Part shown: piece after piece, positions 36,189 through 46,555 of the stretch
Layout of the letters: each line of letters starts with the position of its first letter
Position numbering within the stretch: the first letter of the stretch is position 1
Source: a virus
Taxonomy: Duplodnaviria; Caudoviricetes
Length of the DNA: 64,000 nucleotides
Direction: 5' to 3' (one strand)
Virus record (IMG/VR): IMGVR_UViG_2870609773_000002
Coordinates: 15,181 to 79,180 of that record
Translations under genes and position numbers: made by a program
The notes under the pieces: model-generated
Database searches by the model: none
Told to the model about the DNA's origin: nothing
What the model saw: the letters and a program-made list of their open reading frames with translations, nothing else

Positions 36189-37471
36189 GCACGCCGGCGC
36201 CGACGCCGCTGAACCTGTCGCCCAAGCAGCTCCGGTCGATCGGCGAGTCCACAGCTCGCCTGAACATCTGGTCGGGCGCGATCCGGTCGGGCAAGACGAT
36301 CGCCTCGCTGCTGCGGTGGGTTATGTACGTCGCGAACGCGCCGCGCGGGGGCTCGTTGGTGATCGTGGGCAAGACATCGGACACGATCGCCCGGAACGTC
36401 TTTGACGTGCTGCAAGACCCGGCGATCACCGGCCCGATCGCGCGGCGGATCATCTACACCCGTGGCGCTCCCACGGCGAACATCCTCGGGCGACGCATTG
36501 AGATCATCTCGTCGAACGACGCCCGGTCGGAGAACCGGCTGCGAGGCATGACCTGTGCTGGTGCTTACGTCGATGAGATCACGCTGATCGAGCGGGAGTT
36601 CTGGGACCAGCTCTTGGCCCGGCTCAGCGTCACGGGCGCCAAACTGTTCGGGACCACGAATCCCGATGCTCCGAACCACTGGTTGAAGCGCCAGTTCCTT
36701 GACCGCAAGTACGAGCTTGACCTGCGGCATTGGCACTTCAGGTTGGACGACAACACCGCGTTGGACCCGGCGTACGTCAAGGCGCTCAAGGCTGAGTACA
36801 CCGGGCTCTGGTTCAAGAGATTCATCTTGGGCCAGTGGGTCATGGCCGAGGGCGCGATCTACGACATGTTCGACCCGGACCGGCACGTCGTGGACATCCT
36901 GCCGCCCATGGAGCGATGGCTGGCCTGCGGCGTTGACTATGGCACCGTCAATCCGTTCGATGCCATCCTCATCGGCGTATCCACTCCGGACGACACTGGC
37001 CAGCGGCGCATCTATCTCGCCAGCGAGTTCCGCTGGGACTCCCGCGCCGAGCGGAAGCAACTCACCGACGCCGAGTACAGCCTGAAGCTCGGGGCGTGGC
37101 TGGACAACATCCCCGACACCTACGGCCCCGGCACCCGCGGGGTACGGCCGCAGTGGGTCGTGGTGGATCCATCCGCCGCGTCGTTCATCACGCAACTCCA
37201 GCGCGACGGCTTCACCCCGACCATGGGCGACAACTCCGTCAACGACGGCATCCGCACCGTCAGCAATCTGCTCGGCGCTGACCACCTGCGGATCCACCGC
37301 TCGGTGTCCGGGTTCCTCGACGAGGTCGGCTCGTACGCGTGGGACGACAAGAAGGCCGAGAAAGGCGACGACGTGCCCGTGAAGGTGGATGACCACGCGT
37401 TGGACGCTGTCCGGTACGGCCTGCACACCACGCAAGCGGCCTGGCTGCCGCTGCTGCAGCCGGTCTACTGA
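36185..37471 (+). CDS. terL: Terminase large subunit (PBSX-like)
   Basis: GAIRSGKT, RLRG...YVDE, TTNP...HWLK, DYG, VDPSA, DDHALDAVRY. Confidence 0.95.
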   Translation: MSTPAPTPLNLSPKQLRSIGESTARLNIWSGAIRSGKTIASLLRWVMYVANAPRGGSLVIVGKTSDTIARNVFDVLQDPAITGPIARRIIYTRGAPTANILGRRIEIISSNDARSENRLRGMTCAGAYVDEITLIEREFWDQLLARLSVTGAKLFGTTNPDAPNHWLKRQFLDRKYELDLRHWHFRLDDNTALDPAYVKALKAEYTGLWFKRFILGQWVMAEGAIYDMFDPDRHVVDILPPMERWLACGVDYGTVNPFDAILIGVSTPDDTGQRRIYLASEFRWDSRAERKQLTDAEYSLKLGAWLDNIPDTYGPGTRGVRPQWVVVDPSAASFITQLQRDGFTPTMGDNSVNDGIRTVSNLLGADHLRIHRSVSGFLDEVGSYAWDDKKAEKGDDVPVKVDDHALDAVRYGLHTTQAAWLPLLQPVY

Positions 37472-37675
37472 CCATGAACGCGCACCCCCGTTCTGTGGCG
37501 GGCTGAGGGGTGCGTTGCTCCGCACGTCCACCCGCGTGTGTCGAGCACCTGGCGCGGTCCCGGTCCCGTAGTTGAGGGGCTACCAGGCTGGGGCCGCGCC
37601 TACGCCACACCGTGTGTTTCACCACGTCAGGGCCATCCGCACCGGGTGGCCCTTCTGCATGTCCGGGAGGGCATC

Positions 37676-38227
37676 ATGCGGGAGACCGCGCGACTGACCG
37701 AGGGAAGCCACCTGGCGGCCGGCCTGGGCCGCCACGACACCGCGCGGTGGCGCTGCACCTGGCGACTGGAGAAGTTCCACGGCGACGACACCGGCCCGGA
37801 CGCCGTGCCGTTCGAGGTGATCGAGCGTGAGGGCAACGCGCTGATGTACGGCGGGGTGTCCGCGCTGTGGCACCGTCTCACCGGCGGCAGCGCGGTGGCC
37901 GCGTTCGACGCGACCAACGCGAGGATCGGTGTGGGCGACGGCACCGCCGCGGCGGACCCGCTGCAGACCGACCTGCAGGGCCCGAACAAGGTCCGCAAGG
38001 GCATGGACGCCGGCTACCCGCAGCACACGGACAGCACCGGCGCCGCCGCCAACACGGTCACCTTCAGGGCGACGTTCTCCACGGCCGAAGCGAACTTCGC
38101 CTGGGCCGAGTGGGGCGTGTTCAACGGCGCGTCCGGCGGGCGGATGCTCAACCGCAAGGTGGAGGCCCTCGGCACGAAGACGTCCGCCGCGTCCTGGGTG
38201 TTCACGGTGCAGCTCTCCCTGACCTGA
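37676..38227 (+). CDS. Putative virion structural protein (collar/fibre-associated-like)
   Basis: GGGAGGG RBS; EGNAL...IGVGDG..A...TDL...EANFAWAEWGVFN...MLNR. Confidence 0.65.
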   Translation: MRETARLTEGSHLAAGLGRHDTARWRCTWRLEKFHGDDTGPDAVPFEVIEREGNALMYGGVSALWHRLTGGSAVAAFDATNARIGVGDGTAAADPLQTDLQGPNKVRKGMDAGYPQHTDSTGAAANTVTFRATFSTAEANFAWAEWGVFNGASGGRMLNRKVEALGTKTSAASWVFTVQLSLT

Positions 38228-38259
38228 GCCACGCGACTGCCTGACGGGGAGGGGGCGCG

Positions 38260-40251
38260 GTGGCGACCATCCTGGAGGACTTCGAGGACGACACCTTCGC
38301 CCTCACCATCGAGGGCGATTGGGCGCGGGACAACGAGTTCGCTGCCCTCGGCACGTCGTGGTCTTTGAAAAGCGCCGACATCGGCGGAGAAGCCACGACG
38401 GAGGTCGTTGTCACCGTCCCGGGTGGGGCGACATCCCTGAGCTTCTACTACAAGGTGTCGTCCGAGCTCGACTACGACGAGTTCCACGTCTTGATCGACG
38501 ACGTGGAAGTGCTCCTCAACTCCGGCGAGGTGGACTGGACTGAGGCCACGTTCACCCTGACCGGCGCGTCGCAGGTGACCTTCCTCTACACCAAGGACGA
38601 CTCGGTAGACAGAGGGCGGGACGCTGCCTGGATCGACCAAATCCAGTTCACTGTCCCCGGCGAGACCAAGAGCGCCACCGACATCGGCGCGGTGCTGACC
38701 GAGACGGCTGCGGTCGCCCACGTGCCGGAGGTCGCCAAGGCCAGCAGTGACAGCGGGCGTTTGGTCGAGGCGCGCTGGGTGGGTGAGCCGCCAGCGGCCG
38801 GTACACCGCCGACGATCCGCTCAACCTCAACGGGCACGTCGGGCTCGTCGAGCTACAACGTCACTGCGCCGGCCGGGGTCGCAGCGAATGATGTGCTGAT
38901 CGGGATCCAAGCGGCGGACCGGGGGTCCACCGCAAACATGACGACCCCGAGCGGCGGCAGCGCGTGGCAACCGCTGGACTCGCTGGACGGGACCAGCGAA
39001 CTCGGCGTCATTCAGGCGATCCGAGTGTGGTGGAAGCGTGCGGGGTCGTCCGAACCGACCGCGTACGTCTTCTCCCAGGGCAGTGGCTCGGACGGCACCT
39101 GCCTGATCGTGGCCATCAAGGACGCATCGCTGACGGCGACACCCAAGATCGTCCGCTCGACGGACGGCACCGGGCTGAACATCACAACGCCAGGCATCAC
39201 CCCGGACTCGGGAAGCAACGTTGAGGTCCGGCTGGTTGCGGCCTACGCGCTCGGCGCTGCCATGACCTTCACGACGCCGAATGGGCTGACACCGCTGACT
39301 CGCGTCCAGTCGCGGACCTACACCGTCTTGGCGGCGGCGGCTCGTGCGCTGCAGTCGAACGCGGCCACGTCGCCTGCTGACTTCGTGGCTTCGGTAGATG
39401 CGGTGGAGTGGCGGGCCGGCTACACCCTGGCCATCGCTCCGGCTGTCACCGGGCCTCCGCAGGTGACCAAGTCAGCGGCCGATGCGGGAGTGGTGGCGGA
39501 GTCGTCTGCGGTCACCGTCCTGCCGGACGGCATTCCCAAGGCGGCCAGCGACACCGGAACCCTGGCCGAGATGGCAGTGGCCACGGCCGGCATCACCTCG
39601 TTGGACGCGGCGACGCTGGCAGAAGCCGCCGTTCTTGCCACCGAGCAGGCCGGTGCTGATCAAGCGTCGCTGATCGAGTCGTCGATGCTGACGGTCGGCT
39701 GGTCCGGCACGGACCAAGCAGTATCAGCTGAAACTGCCCAGGTGGACGTCCAGGTGACGACCAGCGACAGCGGCACGCTGGCCGAGTCGGTAGCCATCGC
39801 CGAGACGATCGGCCCGATCTCCAGCGACCACGCAGTGCTGAACGAAGCTGCCGCGCTGGCGGTAGGGACGACAGCCGAGGACACCGGCGCGCTGACCGAG
39901 GTCTCAGACGTTGCCGTCCTCAAGCAGGCCAGCGACTTCGCGCAGCTCGTCGAGTCGGTCGAGGTGGGCCTGACATCGGCCGACAGCGCAACGCTCGTCG
40001 AGACGATGCAGGGCGCAGCGGGCATCGCTGCCAGCGACAGCGCCGTCATCGACGACGAGGCCGTGGTCGAGGCGCCGCGTGCCGCAACGGACTCGGCAGC
40101 TCTCGTTGAGACGGCCACGGTGACAAGCCTGGGCCGGGATATCACCGGGCTTGGCCCGATCTACCGCCGCTGGTCGGCGGGTTCCCCGTACCGCAGGTAC
40201 ACCGCTGGTGAGCCGCGCCGCGACTGGGGCGCGGGCTCACCGCGAACGTAG
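38260..40251 (+). CDS. Putative head/neck fibre with carbohydrate-binding-like domains and about 14 short repeats
   Basis: N-terminal jelly-roll-like FEDD...WIDQI; central Thr/Gly-rich domain; repeats of (S/A)D(S/A)(A/G)xLxE. Confidence 0.65.
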   Translation: MATILEDFEDDTFALTIEGDWARDNEFAALGTSWSLKSADIGGEATTEVVVTVPGGATSLSFYYKVSSELDYDEFHVLIDDVEVLLNSGEVDWTEATFTLTGASQVTFLYTKDDSVDRGRDAAWIDQIQFTVPGETKSATDIGAVLTETAAVAHVPEVAKASSDSGRLVEARWVGEPPAAGTPPTIRSTSTGTSGSSSYNVTAPAGVAANDVLIGIQAADRGSTANMTTPSGGSAWQPLDSLDGTSELGVIQAIRVWWKRAGSSEPTAYVFSQGSGSDGTCLIVAIKDASLTATPKIVRSTDGTGLNITTPGITPDSGSNVEVRLVAAYALGAAMTFTTPNGLTPLTRVQSRTYTVLAAAARALQSNAATSPADFVASVDAVEWRAGYTLAIAPAVTGPPQVTKSAADAGVVAESSAVTVLPDGIPKAASDTGTLAEMAVATAGITSLDAATLAEAAVLATEQAGADQASLIESSMLTVGWSGTDQAVSAETAQVDVQVTTSDSGTLAESVAIAETIGPISSDHAVLNEAAALAVGTTAEDTGALTEVSDVAVLKQASDFAQLVESVEVGLTSADSATLVETMQGAAGIAASDSAVIDDEAVVEAPRAATDSAALVETATVTSLGRDITGLGPIYRRWSAGSPYRRYTAGEPRRDWGAGSPRT

Positions 40252-40264
40252 GGAGGACCGCCCC

Positions 40265-40561
40265 ATGGAACCAATTTCCTCCCTTAGTCGGGAGTTCCTG
40301 TACATCCCCGTCAAGGGCCCGTCCGGCGGTGAAGGCGTCGAAGTCGCCTTCACCAAGGAGGACGGCAAGCCAGCCGAGACGGACTGGCACGCCGCGATGT
40401 GGGACAACCACAGCGCCGCCGGGGCTGACGCGAAGATCCTCGTCGGCCCCGGCGGTGACGGCGCGGTCGAGCTGCCTGAAGGCACCTACCGGGCGTGGGT
40501 CCGGGTGTCCGCCCTCGTCGAACAGCCAGTCCTACCCGGCGGCCTTGTCCCCGTCATCTGA
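40265..40561 (+). CDS. Small Ig-like structural protein
   Basis: GGGAGGA RBS; SREFLYIPV...W..A.W...ILVGP....L..GTYRAWVRV. Confidence 0.65.
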   Translation: MEPISSLSREFLYIPVKGPSGGEGVEVAFTKEDGKPAETDWHAAMWDNHSAAGADAKILVGPGGDGAVELPEGTYRAWVRVSALVEQPVLPGGLVPVI

Positions 40562-40570
40562 GGAGACCCC

Positions 40571-40834
40571 ATGCTTCGCAACCCAGCCACCGGCGACATT
40601 GTCCGCTACCGAGGCAAGCAGGGCCTCCACGCCGTGCGCGCCGCGATCGTTACGGCGGACACGATGACGCTCGACCCCGAGGGCGTCAGGATCGGTGCGC
40701 TGCCGCCGCTGGACGACGCATCCCACGTCCACCTGTGGGTGTTCACGCCCGGTCAGGTGGGCGGATTCCACGAGTACAACGTCGCGCCAGGCGACGCGCC
40801 AGGCACCTGGCACTGGCCGGTGACGGCCGGATGA
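40571..40834 (+). CDS. Small phage protein, paralog of 63387-63683
   Basis: PATGDIVRY...AAIVT...HLWVF...GTWHWP. Confidence 0.7.
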   Translation: MLRNPATGDIVRYRGKQGLHAVRAAIVTADTMTLDPEGVRIGALPPLDDASHVHLWVFTPGQVGGFHEYNVAPGDAPGTWHWPVTAG

Positions 40835-40995
40835 CCAGTCAGACGATCACCTGGCGACAAGCCGCGGCCCACGCCGCCGCAGTCCTGGAGCGCGCCGACT
40901 GCGAGCCCAACCCGGACATGGTCGAGGCCAAGGTCTCTATCGCGGAGGGCTGGACCAGCCTGGCCCTCGCCCTGTCGGAGATCGAACAGACATGA
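40831..40995 (+). CDS. Small hypothetical protein
   Basis: ATGA overlap, 54 aa. Confidence 0.55.
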   Translation: MTSQTITWRQAAAHAAAVLERADCEPNPDMVEAKVSIAEGWTSLALALSEIEQT

Positions 40996-41010
40996 ACAGG
41001 AGGGTGGCTG

Positions 41011-42585
41011 ATGCCGCTTCCCGAGCGTAATCAGGAGTGGCCGCCGCCAGCGATCCGACAGGAGATGCGGCTCTACGACACTCACGGCGCCTGGTACGCC
41101 GGCGACCCGGACAAGCTGGCGCAGGTGTACGGCGGCAACCGGGCAGCGCCGATGGTGGGGATGGACCCGAAGGGCTGGGACCGGCCGATCAGCCGCATGG
41201 GCGGATACCTCGGGCGTGCAGTCCGCTACTTCTGGGGAACGCCCACACCGGCCGCGCAGTCACGAGCGACGAAGCTTCACATCCCGCTCGCCGCCGATAT
41301 CGCCGCCACCAGCGCCGACCTGCTGTTCAGCGAGCCACCGACACTCAAGCTGAAGGGCAAGAAGGGGCAGCAGCGGCTCGACAGCGTGCTGCACGAGGCC
41401 GGCGTCTACGGCAGCCTCCTGGAGGCCGCAGAGCTGGCCGCCGCATACGGGGGCGTCTACCTGCGGGTCGGCTGGGACACGACGATGGCTGACCACCCGG
41501 TCGTGGACGCGTTGCCGCCGGACGCCGCCGTGCCCGAGTTCCACAACGGCCGGCTGAAGGCGGTGACGTTCTGGCGGGTCGTCTACGAGGACGACCGGTC
41601 GGGCGAGGTGTGGCGGCACCTGGAGAAGCACGAGAAGGGCCGCGTCTTCCATGGCTTGTACCTGGGCGATGAGGATCACCTGGGCAGGCAGATGCCGTTG
41701 GAGGATCACCCGGCGACCGCCGAGTTCGCCGAGCTGGTGGACGAGGATGGCGGGTTCGACAGCGGGTTCGATCGTGGCCTGCTGGTTGAGTACATCCCGA
41801 ACATGCGCCCGCACAGGATGATCCGGGGTACGGCGGTCGGCCGCAGTGACTATGCGGGCGTTGAGCCGTTGCTGGACGCGTTGGATGAGACGTGGACGTC
41901 TTGGATGCGGGACCTGCGGCTCGGTAAGGCGAGGATCATCGTCCCGGAGATCTACCTGACGACGGCCGGGCGCGGCCAGGCAGCGTCGTGGGATCCGGAT
42001 CGGGAGATCTACAGTCCGTTGGGCGGCATGCTGCCGTCGCCGCAGAACCCCGGCAGCATGATCACCCTGAGCCAGTTCAAGATCCGGGTGCAAGAGCATG
42101 CGGAGACGTCGAAGCACCTGGTGGAGCAGATCGTTCGCGGTGCCGGGTATGCGCTGCAGTCGTTCGCTGAGGGTGGCAATGGCCAGGCCAAGACGGCGAC
42201 CGAGATCCACATGGAGAAGCACCGGTCGTACTCGACGCGCGGCCGGAAAATCGGCTACTGGACACCGCGACTCGCGTGGCTGTCGGAGGCGATGCTGGCC
42301 GTCGATCACGCGGTGTTCGGGACGAAGGTCGTGGCTGAGCGGGCGACCGTGGAATGGCCGGACGGCGTCATGCCCGACCCCGAGAGCATGGGCCGCACGC
42401 TGGACATGCTGAACCGGGCGCAAGCCGTCAGCCTGGACACGAAGATCCGTTGGGTTCACCCCGACTGGGACGACGTCCAGGTCCAAGCTGAGAAGGAGCG
42501 GCTGCGCGACGAGCTCGGGCTGAACGTGCCGGACCCGGCAGCCCTGGGCGAGACGTGGATCCCTGACGCGAGCGGCGACGACTGA
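41011..42585 (+). CDS. Portal protein (SPP1 gp6-like)
   Basis: HIPLAADIA..SADLLFSE, YIPN, GRSDY, LDALDE..TSWMRD, TATEI; position in head module. Confidence 0.9.
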   Translation: MPLPERNQEWPPPAIRQEMRLYDTHGAWYAGDPDKLAQVYGGNRAAPMVGMDPKGWDRPISRMGGYLGRAVRYFWGTPTPAAQSRATKLHIPLAADIAATSADLLFSEPPTLKLKGKKGQQRLDSVLHEAGVYGSLLEAAELAAAYGGVYLRVGWDTTMADHPVVDALPPDAAVPEFHNGRLKAVTFWRVVYEDDRSGEVWRHLEKHEKGRVFHGLYLGDEDHLGRQMPLEDHPATAEFAELVDEDGGFDSGFDRGLLVEYIPNMRPHRMIRGTAVGRSDYAGVEPLLDALDETWTSWMRDLRLGKARIIVPEIYLTTAGRGQAASWDPDREIYSPLGGMLPSPQNPGSMITLSQFKIRVQEHAETSKHLVEQIVRGAGYALQSFAEGGNGQAKTATEIHMEKHRSYSTRGRKIGYWTPRLAWLSEAMLAVDHAVFGTKVVAERATVEWPDGVMPDPESMGRTLDMLNRAQAVSLDTKIRWVHPDWDDVQVQAEKERLRDELGLNVPDPAALGETWIPDASGDD

Positions 42586-44561
42586 TGACCATCACTCCAG
42601 CCGCTGCCATCGAGGAGGGTCTGGAGCAGGCGCGCAAGGTCGCCGCCATGTACGCCGACGCGGAGACGGCGCTGCTGGAGCGCATCGCCGCGCGGGTCGG
42701 CAAGGACCTTGACAACGACGATGGCGACGACTGGGCGGACAAGCGGCTCTCCGAGGTGACGCAGCTCCGGAAGGAAGCCGAAGCGATCGTCCGCCGGTTG
42801 CAGGCCGCGTCGAGAGCTGCCGCTGAGGCGGCGGTGCTGGAAACGTGGGCCGAAGGCATGGACGCCGCGGTGCGCGGTGCCGTGTTGCAGGTCCACGACC
42901 GGAAGGTCCGGAAGCGGCTGGCCAAGGTGCTGGAGGACGCGAAGAACCTCGGCGCGAGCCGGGGCATCAACGCCGGCCAGGGCGTTGCCGAGCTGGCCGC
43001 GCAGACCGTTCGTATGGTCACGTCGGTCCATGAGGGCGCGCTGCGGGCGGTGGACGACATCTTCCGCAACGTCGTCGCCGAGACTGCCAGCCGAGCGCTG
43101 ATCGGCGCGGAGACTCGGCGGGAGGCGGCGCAGCGTGCGCTCGACCGGTTCACGGCCGAGGGCATCAAGGGGTTCACTGACTCGGCCAACCCGCCCCGGA
43201 CCTGGAGCATGGCCAGCTACGCCGAGATGGCTATGCGGACGGCCGTCGCTCGGGCGGCGGTGGACGGTCATCTGTCCACGCTGCGCGAGGCCGGGATCAA
43301 CCTGGTCAGCGTGTCGCGGCTGCCGTACACGTGCGACCGATGCGCCCGCTGGGAGGGTGAGGTACTGGCCCTGTCCGGATCGGCGGGCACGCGCGTGGAG
43401 GAGAACCCAGCCACGGGCGTGCAGGTGTTCGTGCAGGTCGCGGGGACGGTCGCGGAGGCCCGGTTGGCGGGCCTGCTGCACCCGAACTGCGGGCACAGCC
43501 TGAACGCCTACCTGCCTGGAGTGTCGAGGCCGGCGCCCGTTGTGCAGTCGAAGACCACCTACAAGGAGTCGCAGCGGCAGCGCTACCTGGAGCGGAAGGT
43601 CCGCGAGACCAAGCGGCGCGCGGCGGTTGCGCTCGACGACGACGCCCGCGCGAAGGCGGATGCGAAGACGGCCGCCTACCAGCAGCAGCTCAAGGAGCTG
43701 ACGAAGGCGACAGGGCTGCGACGCAGAACCGATCGGGAGAGGGCCGACGCCCCGTCTGCGGACCTGGATGAGCTGACCGACCGGGAACTCGCCGACCTGG
43801 CCAGCAAGTTCAGCCACGACGAGCAGGCGCTGGCCCGGCTTGAGCAGGAGATGAGCCGCCGCGACGAGGCCGACGCGGCGGCTGCGCGGGCAGCCGGCCC
43901 GGCTGCGCAGGACGACCCGATCGCCGCGTTGTCGGAGATCAACGACCTGGGCGACCTGACCGACGACCACGTGTTGGCGCTGATGGAGCGGTACCGCGAC
44001 GACGAGCAGGGCATGGCCCGCGCGCTCGACGAGCTGGACCGCATCGAGAGGCAGACTCGCGCGCGTGAGAACTGGTCGTGGAACTGGCGCGAGGAGGAGA
44101 CCGACGCCGACCGGGCGATTTCGGACCTCATCGCGTCGGGCCGCTACTCCTACATGGACGCGTACGCCGAGGTGCACGGGCTGGACCCGGCCGAGCTGGA
44201 CCGTCAGGAGCGGCGGGCCCTGCTGGAGGCGGACCGCCGGCCGGGCGAGGACATCGATCAGACGGTGCGCCGCCTGTACGCCGAATGGCTCGACCAGGCG
44301 TACGAGCGGGCCGAGGCCGACACGAACGGCTTCCTGCTGAACGCCGAAGGGCGTGCGGCCGGGATCAACGAGCGGTCGCTGTTCTCCGGGCCGGCCGCGC
44401 GCGCCAGGAAGTACGCCAGCGAGGAGCTGCTGCGCTGGTGGGCGAACAACGCGCGGCTCACCCTCACAGAGTTCCGCGCGCAGTGGCTCGGGCGGGAGTC
44501 CGACCGGCGGGCGGCCGAGCAGATCCGAGCGGGCGGCGCCGGGAGGGAGTTCGGAGTATGA
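42585..44561 (+). CDS. Minor capsid (MuF-like/min_cap2) protein with C-terminal extension
   Basis: R.W.MASYAEMA.RT, CD.C..WEG.VL, GLLHPNCGH; about 270-aa extension. Confidence 0.85.
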   Translation: MTITPAAAIEEGLEQARKVAAMYADAETALLERIAARVGKDLDNDDGDDWADKRLSEVTQLRKEAEAIVRRLQAASRAAAEAAVLETWAEGMDAAVRGAVLQVHDRKVRKRLAKVLEDAKNLGASRGINAGQGVAELAAQTVRMVTSVHEGALRAVDDIFRNVVAETASRALIGAETRREAAQRALDRFTAEGIKGFTDSANPPRTWSMASYAEMAMRTAVARAAVDGHLSTLREAGINLVSVSRLPYTCDRCARWEGEVLALSGSAGTRVEENPATGVQVFVQVAGTVAEARLAGLLHPNCGHSLNAYLPGVSRPAPVVQSKTTYKESQRQRYLERKVRETKRRAAVALDDDARAKADAKTAAYQQQLKELTKATGLRRRTDRERADAPSADLDELTDRELADLASKFSHDEQALARLEQEMSRRDEADAAAARAAGPAAQDDPIAALSEINDLGDLTDDHVLALMERYRDDEQGMARALDELDRIERQTRARENWSWNWREEETDADRAISDLIASGRYSYMDAYAEVHGLDPAELDRQERRALLEADRRPGEDIDQTVRRLYAEWLDQAYERAEADTNGFLLNAEGRAAGINERSLFSGPAARARKYASEELLRWWANNARLTLTEFRAQWLGRESDRRAAEQIRAGGAGREFGV

Positions 44562-44728
44562 CCATTTCCGAGACTGACCGCAGAGCGGCCGTGACGTTCG
44601 GTCGTCTGGCTGGCGAGCGCGGCATGCCGGTCACCGTCTGCCCGTACCCGGTGCGGGGCGATGACCGGGCGCGTGCGCTGCGGCTGCTGTGGATGCGCAC
44701 GTACGCGCGGCACACCTCGGGCGCATAG
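44558..44728 (+). CDS. Small Rmf/CrpP-fold-like protein
   Basis: GRLAGERG....CPY......L.LLWMRTY. Confidence 0.55.
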   Translation: MTISETDRRAAVTFGRLAGERGMPVTVCPYPVRGDDRARALRLLWMRTYARHTSGA

Positions 44729-44804
44729 ACGCGCCCTTCTTCGGTCCGCCAGGCGCGGGCCTTTCCCATGTTCCGACGACACGCTCCAGGAGGGCGATCT
44801 CGTC

Positions 44805-45566
44805 ATGCCTGAAAACACTGTGCCGACCACCGACGACAGCGGCGAAGGCCAGCCGCAGCAGGAGCAGAACCCTCCGGCTGGGGCCGGGGTCACGCCGTCC
44901 GAGCCGCCGGCGGCGGACGAGGCGGGGGTCAACCCCGACGCCAAGCGCGTGGACCAGCTCCCGACGTGGGCGCAGAAGCTCATCAAGGACACCCGCGCGG
45001 AGGCGGCCGACTGGCGGTCCAAGCTGAAGGACGCGCAGAAGACCGCCGACGAGGCGACCGCCAAGCAGGGGCCGTCTCCGGAGGAGATCACCGAGAAGGT
45101 GAAGACGGATTTCGCTCAGCAGATCGCCAAGGCGTTGGGCCTGGCGGCTGAGGAGGAGACGCCGATCGACCCGCAGAAGGTGATCGAGACTCTGACGGCC
45201 GAGCGGGACACCACGGCGAAGGAGCGCGACTCGGAGAGGGAACGGCACCGCCGTGCCTTGATCGAGCTGGCGGTGCACCGCGCCAGTCAGAAGGTCGGTG
45301 CGGACCCGGACGCCCTGCTCGATTCCAGGTCGTTTCTCAAGGCGGTCCGGGACATGGACCCGGACGCCGACGACTTCTCCACCAGCCTGACGGAGACGAT
45401 CCAGACGGCGGTGGAGAACAACCCGAAGTTCAAGGCGGCCACCCAGGCGGGGCCGCCCGCGCGCTCGGGGGGCGAGTTCACCGGCGGGCCTGGTGAGCGA
45501 GCGCCGAGTTCCGAGCCCTCCATTGACGAGTTCCGCGCCAGGCGTAAGAAGCGCGCCTCGTCCTAG
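44805..45566 (+). CDS. Capsid scaffolding protein
   Basis: AGGAGGG RBS; LPTWAQKLI..TR.EAA.WR; DPDALLDSRSF; position before capsid. Confidence 0.85.
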   Translation: MPENTVPTTDDSGEGQPQQEQNPPAGAGVTPSEPPAADEAGVNPDAKRVDQLPTWAQKLIKDTRAEAADWRSKLKDAQKTADEATAKQGPSPEEITEKVKTDFAQQIAKALGLAAEEETPIDPQKVIETLTAERDTTAKERDSERERHRRALIELAVHRASQKVGADPDALLDSRSFLKAVRDMDPDADDFSTSLTETIQTAVENNPKFKAATQAGPPARSGGEFTGGPGERAPSSEPSIDEFRARRKKRASS

Positions 45567-45569
45567 TCG

Positions 45570-45591
45570 CTGATTGCGGGACCGCAATTAG
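45570..45591. promoter_or_regulatory. 22-bp palindromic site, copy 6 (CTGATTGCGGGACCGCAATTAG)
   Basis: Consensus match directly upstream of the major capsid gene. Confidence 0.8.
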
Positions 45592-45616
45592 CTCTCCAAA
45601 GAGGTGAAAGGCCCGA

Positions 45617-46555
45617 ATGGCTAACACTTTCCTGACCCCGAGCATTATCGCCAAGGCGGCGCTGGCCACGCTGTACGAGACCTGCGTCATGGCCCAGCTT
45701 GTCCACCGCGATTATGAGCAGGAGTTCGTCTCCCGCGTGGGCGACACGATCTCCGTGCGGAAGCCCGCCGTGTTCCAGGCGAACGAGTTCGACCGGGCGA
45801 CCGGCATCCAGATCCAGAACGCGTCCGAGGGCAGCGTGCCGATCACGCTGAACCACTTCGCCGACGTGAGCTTCAGCGTCACCGCCGAGGAGCTGACGCT
45901 GGAGATCGAGGACTTCGGCACGCAGCTCCTCAACCCCGCGATGGAGGCGATCTCGCAGAAGATCGACAGGGACATTCTGAGCCTCAGGAACGACATCGTG
46001 CAGCGCGTGGGCGTCCCGGGCACGACTCCCACGGGCCTCACCGGCGAGGTGATCCACCCGTACGACGACCCGAAGACGGCGATCGACGCCAGGCGCGTGC
46101 TCAACCAGCGGAACGTCCCGGCGGCGGATAGGCATCTGGTGATCGGCCCGGAGATCGAGGCGCTCTGGCTGTCGGATCCGCTGTTCCACCAGGCCGACGT
46201 CAGGGGCGACACGGACGGTCTCCGCGAGGCTTCGCTGGGCAGGCGAGTCTTCGGTCACGATGCCTACCAGACCCAGAACATCGACGCGCCCACGGGCACG
46301 CCGACGACTGGCCAGCCGAACACCGAGATCGGAGTGGCTTTCCATAGGACCGCTTTCGCGTTGGTGACTAGGCCCTTGGTCCTTCCGCAGGGCGCGGCCA
46401 ACGCCGCCGTGGAGAGCTACAAGGGCTTCGGCGTCCGCGTGGTGATGGACTACGACATCTCGAAGAAGCAGGACATCGTGTCGGTGGACTGCCTCTACGG
46501 CGTCAAGACTCTCGACGCCAACAGGGCTGTGCTGATCCACGGGGTCGCGGCGTGA
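45617..46555 (+). CDS. Major capsid protein (P22 coat-like)
   Basis: MANTFLTPSII, GDTISVRKP, AFHRTAFALVTRPL, D.LYGVK.LD. Confidence 0.92.
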   Translation: MANTFLTPSIIAKAALATLYETCVMAQLVHRDYEQEFVSRVGDTISVRKPAVFQANEFDRATGIQIQNASEGSVPITLNHFADVSFSVTAEELTLEIEDFGTQLLNPAMEAISQKIDRDILSLRNDIVQRVGVPGTTPTGLTGEVIHPYDDPKTAIDARRVLNQRNVPAADRHLVIGPEIEALWLSDPLFHQADVRGDTDGLREASLGRRVFGHDAYQTQNIDAPTGTPTTGQPNTEIGVAFHRTAFALVTRPLVLPQGAANAAVESYKGFGVRVVMDYDISKKQDIVSVDCLYGVKTLDANRAVLIHGVAA

